Assembly: GCA_010356995.1 (NCBI GenBank)
Contig: ML996691.1
Span: 1,122,174 to 1,186,173 of the forward strand
Length of the DNA stretch: 64,000 nucleotides
DNA from: Trichodelitschia bisporula
Lineage: Eukaryota
Reading direction: 5' to 3'
Positions 40,701-51,381 of this stretch are shown piece after piece; within the stretch, counting starts at the first letter, position 1, and every line of letters begins with the position of its first letter. The notes under the pieces are model-generated. The model saw only the letters and a program-made list of their open reading frames with translations. It searched no databases and was not told the DNA's origin. The position numbers were made by a program, and so were the translations under genes.

Positions 40701-43700
40701 ACATCGATAGGACTGGCAGGCCGGCTATGCGGGAGCAGCACGCTGAGCGCGGAAGTGAGAGTGCTAGCGGGCAGAGGGTCTACACTCTCATCCTCTGCCC
40801 GCACCCCTAAAAAAGACAGGTTCTTCTTGTCTCCGTTGCGCGTGTTGTCCCTAGGTTTGAAGTCCTCGGCGCTCAGCACGTCTTCCACGATGTCGTCGGG
40901 CGGTTGGCGCGGGTACCGGGACACGGGCCGCTCGGCGCCTTTGTCGTAGTCGTACATACCTTGATCTCGCTTGCTGCTGTGGTCGCCGGCGCTGGACCGC
41001 CTGCGCGACCGTTCTCGCTCTTCGCCGGTGCTGGACCTGCTCGAGCGGTTTTTGCTGGGCTCGGACGCGGTAGGCTTGTTGAACATGGCCATAAAGCCGG
41101 ACTTTGAGCTGTCTCCTGACTTGCGCTTCTTCTCGTCATAGGCCTTGGACGTAGAAGCGGAAGAGACGACAGACGGAGCATCGCTGCCACGGCGGGGTCG
41201 TCCAGATTCGGTCTCTCCAGGCTCAGAAGCGGGATACTTGCGGCTGCGGCGCGGAGACTCGGACTCGTCGTCTCGAGGTTTGCGTACTTTCCTTCTTCTT
41301 CTCCTGCGCGTGCCGTCGCTTCCAATGACTGATGGGGTTGACTCAGTAACAGCCGAGATACTCGAGCGCGCTTGGCTGTCGTCATCGCTATCAGACGAAG
41401 GATCGTAGTCGTCTTCTGATGGAGCTTCCTGGACGGCCTCTGCACCAACGGTTGCGTCACGAATATCGCTATAGGAGCGACGTGATATGTAGCCAGAATC
41501 ATCCGTGGATGGCACGCGTTCAGAGTCGTCGGTATGGACGCCGTGGTCAGCACCGGTTGGAGTGGAGACAGGCTCCTTCGCTTTGGACTTCGACTTTTGG
41601 GTCGCCGCTACTGCTGCTGCAACTGTGCCCCAAGGGGCAGCAGACGACTTCGAAGACGCCTTAGTAGACTTCACCGAGTCTGCCTCGTCCTTGAGGTCCC
41701 TCCTTCGCGACGTCGGCTCACCTTGCTCATCACTTGGAAAGCCACCCGGAATTTTCTTCGACTCAGGAGGAGGGGTCTCGTCATAGACTTCGCCTTCTAT
41801 GAAGCCAGGATGCTTGGGCGTCGGACGCAAATCAAGCTCTAATTCGGGGATTTCGTACGGATCCGGCTCAACCACAACAGGCGTGACCTCCGGGGAATGC
41901 GACTCGATGATTTTTTCCGGATACACTTCCCGCTCCTCGGTAGGTGTCGACATGTCGTACCGTGCCACAGTGTCGCCGTTCTCTGCTTCCACGACGATTT
42001 CGCTCTGGTCCTGAGGCTTGGAGTCCGCCCCAGACCGGAAGTAGGAAGTCTGATGAGACGGATCCGGTGTCTGAACCTCATAGTACGGAGTCACCACGTC
42101 GTAGTGGAAGGTTTCTCTTTCCTCCTCAGCCCACTTGACCGACTTCGAGGGTTCTACTTCAGTCGGTGCCGCAACCGGTTCCGCTGCAGCAGGTTCCTCC
42201 TTTGGCTTGATCTCCGGTGAGGGCATAGGCGAGAATCCCTTCACCGAGCCAGAAGTACTTCCAGGAGGCGTGGGCGCAATGAGTTTGAGCGACGGAATAG
42301 GCCACGGTGCCATGAATCCATCCTTGCTTGTGGTGAAGGCGTACTGCGGGTGATATGGAGGTGCATGTGTAATACGGCTGAGCGTCAGGTCAGGCACCAT
42401 ATGCGGCTCCATGTCGCCATTAGGATCAATTTTTGGCGAGGGAGCGGCGCTATGATCGCGTAGCTCGGGCGGGGCGAAGAACTCAGCAGGGCTGACGGGG
42501 ACCTCGTTATAGCGCTCCTCGAAGTCGTCCAGGACCTTGTCCGCGGCATCGCGCGATTTGGCCTCGCGTGCGTTCCTCTCAGCCTGGCGTGCTTCGGCCT
42601 CGCGTGCCTTCCTCTCGGCTTCGCGCGCCCTCTTCTTAACGAAGTAGTCCGGTGCGAAGACATCCTCCTCGTGGAAGGAGTCAATCTCAACATTGCTCGG
42701 CTCGACATGGACGATGGCAGCTGGGGCCACGGCAACAACACTCGGTTGCGCAACCTTTGGCTCGACACCGACTGTGGAAGCGGCTTCGCGGTAAGAGGGT
42801 TCGACCTTGCGAGGCCGATCCTCCCGACTTGTACTGTCGCGCTCTTTACCCTTCACAGAATCGGCGTACGAGACAACGGCGGCACCGGCTGCAGCGCCAA
42901 CGGCTCCTGCCAGAATGGCTTCGGTGATGCCAGAACTGTTATTGTCTTCGTCGGCATACTTTGGCTGCTTGCGTCCCTTGTCGGATTGCGTCTTGCTGAT
43001 GTCATATGCGCCTTGGCGTCCGGAGTCGTCGGCGTAACGTTTCCGCTCGAGCTCCACACGGGCCTCGCGCGTTTCGTAAGAGGCCTGCCGCATTCGGTCG
43101 GCCTCGTATTCTTCCCGGCGCAGTCGGTCAGCTTGTTCTTGTTCCCGACGCCTGCGATCAGCTTCATCGCGTTCACAGCGCAGGTCCGCCGCCTCCCGCT
43201 CTCGACGCTGGCGCTCAGCCTCTTCCTGTTGACGCAGGCGATCAGCGTCCTCCTGTTGGCGCACGCGATCAGCCTCAACCTGCTTCCGTCGCAGCTGCTC
43301 AACCCGATCCCGTTCCCGCTGGAGTTGCAACTGCTCAGCCCGCTCACGCTCAAGATGCTGCTTCCTCTCCGCCTCCTCCCACTCACGGCGAATGCGCTCG
43401 GCTTGTTCCCGCTCGCGCTGCAACTGCTGAGCCTGTTCACGCTCGCACTGCTCCAACAACTGAGCCTCACGCTCACGCTGCTGCTGCAAAAGCTGAGCCT
43501 GGTCCCGCTCGCGCTGTTGCTGCTGTCGAGCCAGCTCACTCTCGCGGCGCTGCTGTTCAACCTTGCGTCGTTCTTCCTGAGCCTCGTACTCCAGGCGCTT
43601 CTTCTCCTTCTCGCGCCAGGCACGCTCCTCCTCGTCGCGCTGCTGGAGACGTTTCTGCCGCTCCGACTCCGTATCGTAGCGTCCCGTAAGGCGCTGATCG

Positions 43701-46700
43701 CGCTCGGGGGTGCTCTCCACGAAGCGGACGCCTTGGCCTTGGCTGTCTTTGCGCCGTGCTTGCTGTGCTTTCTGTGCAATGATAGATCCCCCGATGATGC
43801 CTCCGATAACGGGAGCGATCACCGAAGCTTCATCACGTCGAGGTGACTTGCGACGGCGAGGAGGAAGCACGGGAGCCCGGTCGCTATCTGACGAGGAGCT
43901 GTGTCTAGAGTGCCGACGCCTATTCTTCTGCTGATAGCGAGGGTCTGGACGAGGGGGCTTTGGCGGGTTGGTGTAGTCAATCGGAGGGCCGTCTGGCGCG
44001 GTATATGTCTGCGCATTATACACAGAGTTCCGGATCGGAGCCTGAGGCTGCGGCTGTTCGTAGCGGGTGCTTCCCTGTCGGGATGGCCGTGTCGGCAATC
44101 CAGGTACAGCTTCGTAGCGACCAGGTTCATCCGTGAGAACTGGATGAACAGGTACAATGCTCGGTGACGTTGTGATAGACGCTGCAACGCTTCCCTCAAT
44201 GAAGGAAGCGTTCGGTGGGGTGAAATTCGCGTCGCCGTACCCAAGCGTCAAACTCTCCTGCGACGGCTTCTTACTTTGCCTCCTCGGCCATCGCCAGCTC
44301 CACTTTGTCACGCCGGAGCCATTCGAAGCCAGCGAGTCGCTACTCTTCCGAGCGGCGCTCTGTGCCTTGTAAAAGTCGCCAAAGGCAAGCGCAGAATCGT
44401 GGGAAGATGCGTTATCCGGAACATCTCCCTCATCCTCCCACTCTCCCTCGTCATCACCAGCCAGAACTCCAGAGTACCGTCCCGAAGATTTGCTTGGCTT
44501 GCTCGGTGCGATACCTCTGGTTCCCGGGTGCTGATTACGGCCCTTTTGCCTTCCCTGAGCGGCTTGCAGTGCCATGGTGGTAGCGCCAATACTCAGCAGC
44601 GTCTCGTTCAGCCGCTCCGTCGAGGTTTGGCGCTTGTGCTTGCGCTGCCGCAGTGATTCATTCGATTTACGGCGCTTGTGCCTCCGAGCATCTGTGCCAT
44701 AGACAAGGCCGTTGTCGGCGGACGAGGACGCATTCCCGAGGCTGAAAAAGGATTTATTCCGCTGATGCTGCTTCTGCTTCTGCTTCTTCGTAGAAAACAG
44801 CCCGCCGAACAGACCCCCGCCAGCCGAGACATTTTCCTTTGAGGACCACGCCAGAGACTGGTTCGAACGCCGCGAGGGACCATCATTCCGGTACACACCA
44901 TCGACACTATCAGAACTCCCCTGGCGACCATGGTGCACACGGATATATTCCTCGGAAGGTGACTTGGTCCGCCTCTGTCGTCGTCTGTCCTGGGTGGCAG
45001 CGATGGCAGATCCAGCAATCGCGGCTCCGGCAACGGCTCCAAGGCCGCCCGACATCCGTTCGCGGGATCTAGAACGGGAGCTGGAAGAATGGCGCCGAGT
45101 CCTCTCATAAAAGTAGGTGTTCGAATCGCGCCTTGATTCGGTGGGAACACGCTCCAGGGATCGGCTTCGTCGACGTCGTGGCGCTTGAAAGGTCGAAGCG
45201 CTGACTCCGGTTCCACGGTCAAGAGATCTGCTGCGACGCCTGGTAACACCGCGGGATGTCTCGCTCGCCCTGTCGTCACGCACAGCAACTGACTCCCGCG
45301 AATCCATCCGACGGCCAGATCTGACGCTGTAGGTATCGTCGAAGTCTCCTTTGTGGTTGGTGATTGCGTTACCGACTTTCCCGGCACCATACGCCGCAGT
45401 ACCCGCTAGGGCGGCAGTTGCCAACAGGTTCGTTTTGCTACGGCGCTTCTCGCTGTCAGAGGAATGATACCCGCTGTACCGCGATTCCTTGCTGATTCGA
45501 CCAGTGGTGTGCAACTCGCCAGATCTGCCGAATTCGTCAGACCTTCTCTCACGAAGATTTCCCGAGGTGCGACGCCGAGGCCGGTGCTTGCGCGGCGCAT
45601 CGCTTGGAGTAGTGCGAGGGTCGAAGCAATCCTTGCAGACGCCGATGTACTCCATGTACTCCTCCATCTTCTGCACGTCTTCGTGATCCTTCCACCAGTC
45701 CACGAGCTTGCTGATGGGGTTAAGACGCCTCCGCTCCATCATCTCCGATGCGTTTCCAGAATAGTGTATATTGTGGCTCCCTGGGGGGCGATTGAACCCG
45801 TTTGTGGGCAGCGAAGCGGAGTGGTGGTGCGAAGCCTGGTGCGAAGCCTGGTGAGCCGAGTGTTGATGGTGAAGAGCATATGCGCCAGCAGCCAACCCTG
45901 CCGCCCCAGCGGCATATGCGCCGGTTTGAGAGTCGGACGAATGCTTTCCAGGCTTCCCGCTCGAGGAACCACCTTGGGGCCTCGTGGGAGTAGGCGGACC
46001 ATATGTCCCAGCCGTTGGCCCTGGGCCATTCTGGTACGAGCCAACACCGCCACTCATGCTTGTGGAGGAAGCCTGCTGGTAGTACGACGTGCCGCTGTTC
46101 TCCACATGTGAGCTTGGAGACTGCGTATGGCTCCCAGCATGGCTGAGTCCATAGCCAACAGCAGCTGCGCCGGCAAGGGCAGCCGCAGCAGGGACTCCGC
46201 TGCTGGATGGCTTCGAAGAGTAACTGGGCTGGCGGCCCGGGCGCGGAGAATTCTGCTGCGAGCTAGCCAGGACGGCAGGACTAGGAACGCTCTGGGGCCG
46301 AGGGGGCCTGGTAGGGGTTGCTGAAGGGCTGGTGGACGGCTGTCCTGGAGGCGGCCCACCACCAAAATAGTCATTAGCGGTACCTTGACCTGTCTCTTGA
46401 GGAGGCGCGGGGGTCGCGTGGGGCGTCATTAGGTGCGGTTGTGTACTCGCGATGACCTTTGGCGGCTCCGGGCGAACTCCGGGTTGCGTCAAAACGGACT
46501 GTCCATGGTCGCCGTAGTATTCGGCAGCCAGACCAGGGCTCGGAGCTGGGCCAACAGCCGGTTGGTACGGGAAGGGATGCTCATATGTGGAAGGGTCCTG
46601 GCCAGGAAACTGGTTCGTAACCTGCGGAGTCGGGTAACTGTTCTGATGAGGGAGAGGAGGGGCCGCTACAGGCCCTTGACCGGGAAACTGGCCCACACCC

Positions 46701-47248
46701 GAAGCCGGCGCATTCGAAGGGACGTTGCTCTGAAAATCGTCCATGGCCCTACTCGACGCGTACTCGGGCTGGTCCAGTCCTCGGTCACTCTCACGCCTGT
46801 CACCGGTCCTACTCCGCCTCTTGGTGCGGTCTTTGCGCTTGCTGTCACGCTCGCGACTCCGCGACCGATCCTTAGAGCTATAATTCCGGTCGCCGCGGTC
46901 GCGACTGGACGACCTCTGACGGCGCGTGCCAGCCCTGCTCTCCGTAACATACGAGGCATTATCATCCAGCGTTGTGCGGCGATGAGTGCGGTCGGCGCCG
47001 ATGTAGTCGGACCCCCTATCACGGGACGGGGCCGTCGCATAAGATGACGCAACGGAATCGCCGTCTACGGGAGGGTACGCAGAGGTTCGAGAGGGGGTGC
47101 GACGGGTACGAGATTCGTCGGCAGGCGGATTTCGGGACGTGGAGGATGAGACGACAGACTCGGGGCGATTTCGAGACGACGAAGATTCGCCTTTGCGCCG
47201 GGGACTCGGCGGCGTTGCATCGCTCTTCTTCCCGCCGAAAGGCCACAT
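19776..47248 (-). CDS. lah: Leashin, Woronin-body septal tether (often annotated 'involucrin repeat protein'), ~9,123 aa. Exons 47248-21428, 21371-20405, 20359-19776
   Basis: An 8,607-codon open exon joins the downstream coiled-coil/C-terminal ORF through a GTAAGT..CTAAT..CAG intron (21427-21372), giving MEGVL|EGWGDRTGSPMSPTRPPSIRKRQSM. N-terminal motif DWWKDHEDVQKMEEYMEYIGVCKDCFDPR; acidic E/P/A/V-rich middle with poly-Lys tracts; C-terminal domain RDEDYFDEACQKLCQHVQQWVLRFSKFSD. This matches Pezizomycotina leashin architecture as recalled. Confidence 0.85.
28350..28640 (-). repeat. Two copies of a ~37-aa unit (ITPExIxxIGPDGATIIVVPEIxATADLRFPSPEPSE) within leashin
   Basis: Near-identical at the DNA and protein levels. 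Confidence 0.9.
29930..30720 (-). repeat. Three dispersed copies of a PEVExxAPALSAKELRKLAKKAKK module within leashin
   Basis: Seen in the translation at about 30605-30660, 30305-30360 and 29935-29990. Confidence 0.9.
32750..35665 (-). repeat. Seven dispersed copies of a poly-Lys + SxxSTPA(V/I)xxExPLSKxLP module within leashin
   Basis: Seen in the translation; copies are spaced about 350-550 nt apart with E/P/V-rich linkers. Confidence 0.9.
39745..40735 (-). repeat. Tandem coding minisatellite, 60-nt / 20-aa unit (DLPSLPTTRPSSPILVGSLx), ~16-17 copies, within leashin
   Basis: The 60-nt periodicity is visible as column alignment of consecutive 60-nt sequence lines; synonymous positions have diverged. 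Confidence 0.95.
40756..40814 (-). promoter_or_regulatory. Candidate -1 programmed ribosomal frameshift signal (slippery heptamer plus stem-loop/pseudoknot) in leashin mRNA
   Basis: mRNA-sense sequence: T TTT TTA GGGGT GCGGGCAGAGG A TGAGAGTG TAGAC CCTCTGCCCGC TAG CACTCTCA. The heptamer is in the correct phase and the two stems (11 bp and 8 bp) are perfectly complementary. Confidence 0.65.
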
Positions 47249-49025
47249 TGTGACGCGCAGCGCCGTGCGCTATATGGGTATTGTTTGGTACGGCTGCTTT
47301 GAGCTTGAGGTTGTTGCGTCGCGTCGTTTCTTGGGCCAACGATGGCTGGGATGCCGTTCAAAACATGTTCGGGAGTGCGGAAGCTGGGAGTTGTTGTGGG
47401 CTCTAAGGGCGTGCACTGGCCGTTATGTCTCGTTCAGTTTCGTGATAATGGTACAAATAAAGTGGCGCAAATTGAAGATATCTTCAAGGAACGACGCTAC
47501 TGATCGCGATCGTGGTTCTGCTCGCGATGGGGGGATTGTTGAAGATGGGATGAGATGAAGTTGGTGGTTGGGAAGTGACTCTCTAGGGTGTTTGGATTGG
47601 GAGGTGAGAGCTTGCGCCTGTGCTTGGGGGGGGGCTTTGGGGCTGGGCGGCTCTCAAGCGCGCTTGTGACCGCATAGACCGGCCCGCTGTTTTCTGTCCA
47701 CTCGTAGAGCTCGACGGCACTCGCTAAACACCTTCGAAGGGCATAAAAGTCATGGATCATGCACTTGAAGACGCACGGTAAGGGATCTAGGTGGGAGAAG
47801 AGGGTACTCAAGGGTTAGGCGGGGGGTAGCCTACTACTACGGGAGGGTCAACGGATAGAATGCGCTGCATGCAGTATGGGTTATGCTGCGAGAAGCACTG
47901 GAGTGGTGTCTGGATGGTCATCTCACGACAGTACTAGAAACTAGTTCTAAGCGGCACAACCACACAGCGAAATCGCATTAACCACCAAACAGCAAAGGAG
48001 CCTCAACTACGAGTATCGATTTGACCGCCTTGTGCTTGAGCGACGCACACCGCCATCTGCAGTCGTTCACCTCCAATATCGAGTCATCCCGTAACTCTGG
48101 GAGAGCCAGATGGAATAGATTAATCTGCCCGGGTCGGAGAACTGCTTGTTATTATGGTTGCCGTGGTGCCGTGGATCCCGCTTAATTTTAGGGCGGGGAA
48201 CATCATCTCGAACTTGCATCTAATTTGGATCCGATAGCGCCAAATTTGGACTATTCTGTCGCAAAATTGGATGGCTAAAATGCCGTTGATAAGGAAAAGC
48301 AGAATGATGCTGCTCTTGATCGGACCGAAGAGTGTTGCGATTTGTGTTGATTTTGGAAGTGCCAGGTAAATGATCAAAAAATGCTCGCAATCTGTCTTGC
48401 CTAAGAGCACGTCTGATGTAGAGAAAGCTACCATCCACGTTTGATGTCTAGACACGTAGAGCGCAGTAGACAATGTCGTGTACTCCGTATGTACTCGACC
48501 CGAAAGTCTTGAACCTTCTGTGTACTCCACATATCAGTGCCGTATCACTTATTTCTCTTAAGCAGCGACGTCGATTCGTCGTGGACCCACCGAGTATGCA
48601 CAGCATCCACTATGTCATACCGTGCCCGCATTGTGGCAAGTTTGTATGCAGAGGGAATCGAGATTATGGATGGGTCATTCAATTGGATTACTTCTCTAGC
48701 GTATCTTCGTGCAGTAACACAATAACTAGCTGCCAGCTGTTGGGCATCCTACTGGCCCAATCAACCCTTCTCGCCTTCCCATCCTGGCCTCTCGCAGCTC
48801 AAACACCTGCACCATTGGCCAATCTTCCCAAAGACAAGGTTCAATGCGTTAAGGCGCAGCTGAAGGCACCAGTAGCTCGCCACAAGCGGCCGAGTTTCAG
48901 AAAGCTGCATATGTAGCTCGTCGGAGAAAGCTACGCCGAGGATGCCAACTTGGAGCAAACAAAAGTTGAACCGTCCTAGACAGGTGCTGCAGTTCCGACG
49001 TCTGTCCAGACACTTGGCCGGCCTC

Positions 49026-49993
49026 CTACCGCTGGTATTGCTGCATCAGGCTCTGCCTCAGAGTCATGATTTGCACCCGGTCGGCCGGTGGCAACGCGTC
49101 TATGGACTCCTGTGACATGCTCATCACTTGCTGGATGAGTGCTTCCCGGCTTAAGGGGGCCGCGGCGGGCGGGGGCGCGGGCGCGGGGGGAGGAGCATGG
49201 TAGACTGGTTGAACTGGAGGTGTCGGGACGCTCGCGTACGGTTGCGGAGGCGGATACTGCTGGTATGGTTGGGGCGGCGGGTAGGCTTGAGGCACGGGCT
49301 GCGGGCGCGCAGACTGCTGAGCCGCCTGTTGAAGGACGGCCGCTAGGGTTTGCGGGTCGACCAGTTGCATAAGGACCAGAATCTGGAGAATGGCATACGT
49401 CAACTGCGGCCCTTGTTTCAGCAGTTCGGCTGCCTTGTCCGGGTCTTCCTTCGCCAGCGCTTGCATCTGCCGCATAGCGTCTAGGAGCTGAAGGGGTGAG
49501 ATTGTGGAGACGGTCGCAGAGATGGCATCCTGTGCGGTCAAATGGTTCCCTAGATCGGTACCAGGTGGAAGCGGAGGAATCATGACCGAAGGCTGGGGAG
49601 GGCCCGCGTCCTGGCCATTGGACGTGGGAAGCGGTGTGGGCGCTGTTGGATGATAACCCGGGGGTATAGCTCCATCATCGCGCGCTCCATCATTGGAGTA
49701 GTCGACACGAAGTTTGCGCCCCATGAGTTCGTGATCGTTCAGATTCCGTACGGCAGAAGCTGCCGCGTCCGCGTCTGCGTACTCGGCGAACCCGAATCCC
49801 TTTGGCTTGCCCGTATCCTTGTCGTACACCAAGCGGAAGTGCACAACTTGGCCGACTCTGCTCAGTGTTTCCTGAATAAGCTCTTCGGTTACGCCTGCGA
49901 GCAAAGTCAGCTTGCTGGCCGGTAATCAAAGCCGATGAACGAAGTACCGTAAGGGATGTTGCCAATGAAGACAACACGGTTGCCTGCAGACAT
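49026..49993 (-). CDS. RNA15: Cleavage stimulation factor CstF-64 / Rna15, ~304 aa. Exons 49993-49948, 49894-49026
   Basis: RRM with RNP2 VFIGNIPY and RNP1 KPKGFGFAEY, hinge domain (QDAISATVSTISPLQLL...PQLTYAILQ) and C-terminal QQVMSMSQESIDALPPADRVQIMTLR. Intron 49947-49895. Confidence 0.95.
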
Positions 49994-50436
49994 TCTCGAG
50001 TTGTTTTGTAACTCGTGGCCGAGCTACCTGAATGGGCTTTCTGTATTGCGCTGTAAAGGGTCCCGACTTCCACTCAACGCGTCCGCGTCGCAGGTTGAAC
50101 CCTGAGCAAAATTGCAAACAAAGCGGCGGCGATTGAGGGGGGGAGCAACAAGAGGTTTCGGCGCTCGTTTGGATGTAAGATGGGAAGACTCAAGATCGAA
50201 GGTTTAGAAGATTCGAAAGAATGATGTTAAGGTTGAAGTGGGAATACGATGCGGCGCTGAATGCGGAGGGCAGATGCAAGCCGGAGGCCCGTGCATTCGA
50301 AGCCAAGATTTCGTCCACTTTGTTCGAGTAGAGGACCCGCGCGCACAACAGAACTTTTGAGATCCGACGTCCTGCTTGTCGAAGTTGCATCCTTCACAAC
50401 GACGGTTGACACCATTCCGCCTCACAGCCAGCAGTC

Positions 50437-51048
50437 ATGGTCCGGAAACTCAAGCACCATGAGCAGAAGCTCTTGCGTAAAGTTGACTTTATCACCTACA
50501 AATCCGACAATGGACATCGCGACGCTGAGGTGTGCAGGCGCTACTGCATCCAAAAGCCCTCGGATTACACTTCATACAATCGACTTGCCGGCTCCCTCCG
50601 CTCTCTAGCTCACAAACTTGCTGCACTCGACCCGGCCGATCCATTCCGTCGGAAACATGAAGAGCTCATGCTCGAGAAACTCTGGAATATGGGCATCCTA
50701 GGCACTGGTGGCGGCGGTAGGGGAAAACTGAGCGATGTGGAACACAAGGTTACGGTTAGCGCCTTTGCAAGAAGAAGACTGCCAGTCGTTATGACGCGTC
50801 TTGGGATGGCCGACAATGTGCAGGCGGCGGTCAAGTTCGTGGAGCAAGGACATGTGCGGGTGGGAACCGACGTTGTGACGGACCCCGCTTTCCTGGTCAC
50901 TAGGTATGGAAACTGGACATTACGGGCAGTCCCCATTCTAACTGCTGCCAGAAACCTCGAAGACTTTGTGACTTGGGTCGACTCGTCCAAGATCAAGCGC
51001 AACATCCTCAAGTACCGCGACAAACTGGACGACTTCGATCTGTTGTAG
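50437..51048 (+). CDS. IMP3: U3 snoRNP protein Imp3 (S4 domain), ~187 aa after removing the 48-nt intron 50904-50951
   Basis: [18 protein letters not shown]...[13 protein letters not shown]...[35 protein letters not shown]. The intron reads GTATGG..CTAAC..CAG. Divergent from RNA15 across 443 bp. Confidence 0.97.
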   Translation: MVRKLKHHEQKLLRKVDFITYKSDNGHRDAEVCRRYCIQKPSDYTSYNRLAGSLRSLAHKLAALDPADPFRRKHEELMLEKLWNMGILGTGGGGRGKLSDVEHKVTVSAFARRRLPVVMTRLGMADNVQAAVKFVEQGHVRVGTDVVTDPAFLVTRYGNWTLRAVPILTAARNLEDFVTWVDSSKIKRNILKYRDKLDDFDLL

Positions 51049-51381
51049 TGTTCTTTTGGGCAACTCGTCTCGTTCCGGAACATTCTCATGGCGACAACAT
51101 CAACACGGGCGTTGGTTACGACATTGACCTATCACGGGCCTATTTATCGCTTGACGGTTGGGCCGCGGCCTGGAATTTATGGTATGCGGAGTACGGAGTC
51201 ACTTGTGGGGATGGTGGGAATATGGATTTGTTCAAAGGCTACTCTTGTCCCTCTTCCGGACGGGAAGCTTTTGTTCTTGAACTGGCCAACATTTGCTGGA
51301 TGCGAGTAGTATTTGGCAACTCTGAGCTCATCTTTTCTAGCGGCTAAAAACGCATCGGCTCTATCAAAACAAGATCTTCTC

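Noticed and set aside
39745..40735. Regular repeat array as a CRISPR or satellite
   Set aside because: Eukaryotic, in-frame coding minisatellite with no unique spacers and with synonymous variation.
21500..47050. Many long plus-strand and alternate-frame ORFs overlapping leashin (e.g. 31737-33509, 39864-40949, 39094-40041)
   Set aside because: Shadow ORFs of a repetitive GC-rich coding strand. The minus-strand ones near the slippery site are in the +1 frame and are cut off from it by stops, so they are not a transframe product.
48120..48960. AT-richer stretch with short ORFs and an ATGATG...CTGA pair (about 48304-48417) suggesting a C/D snoRNA or decayed gene
   Set aside because: Box C is imperfect, there is no recognisable guide or protein motif, and it cannot be supported without a search.
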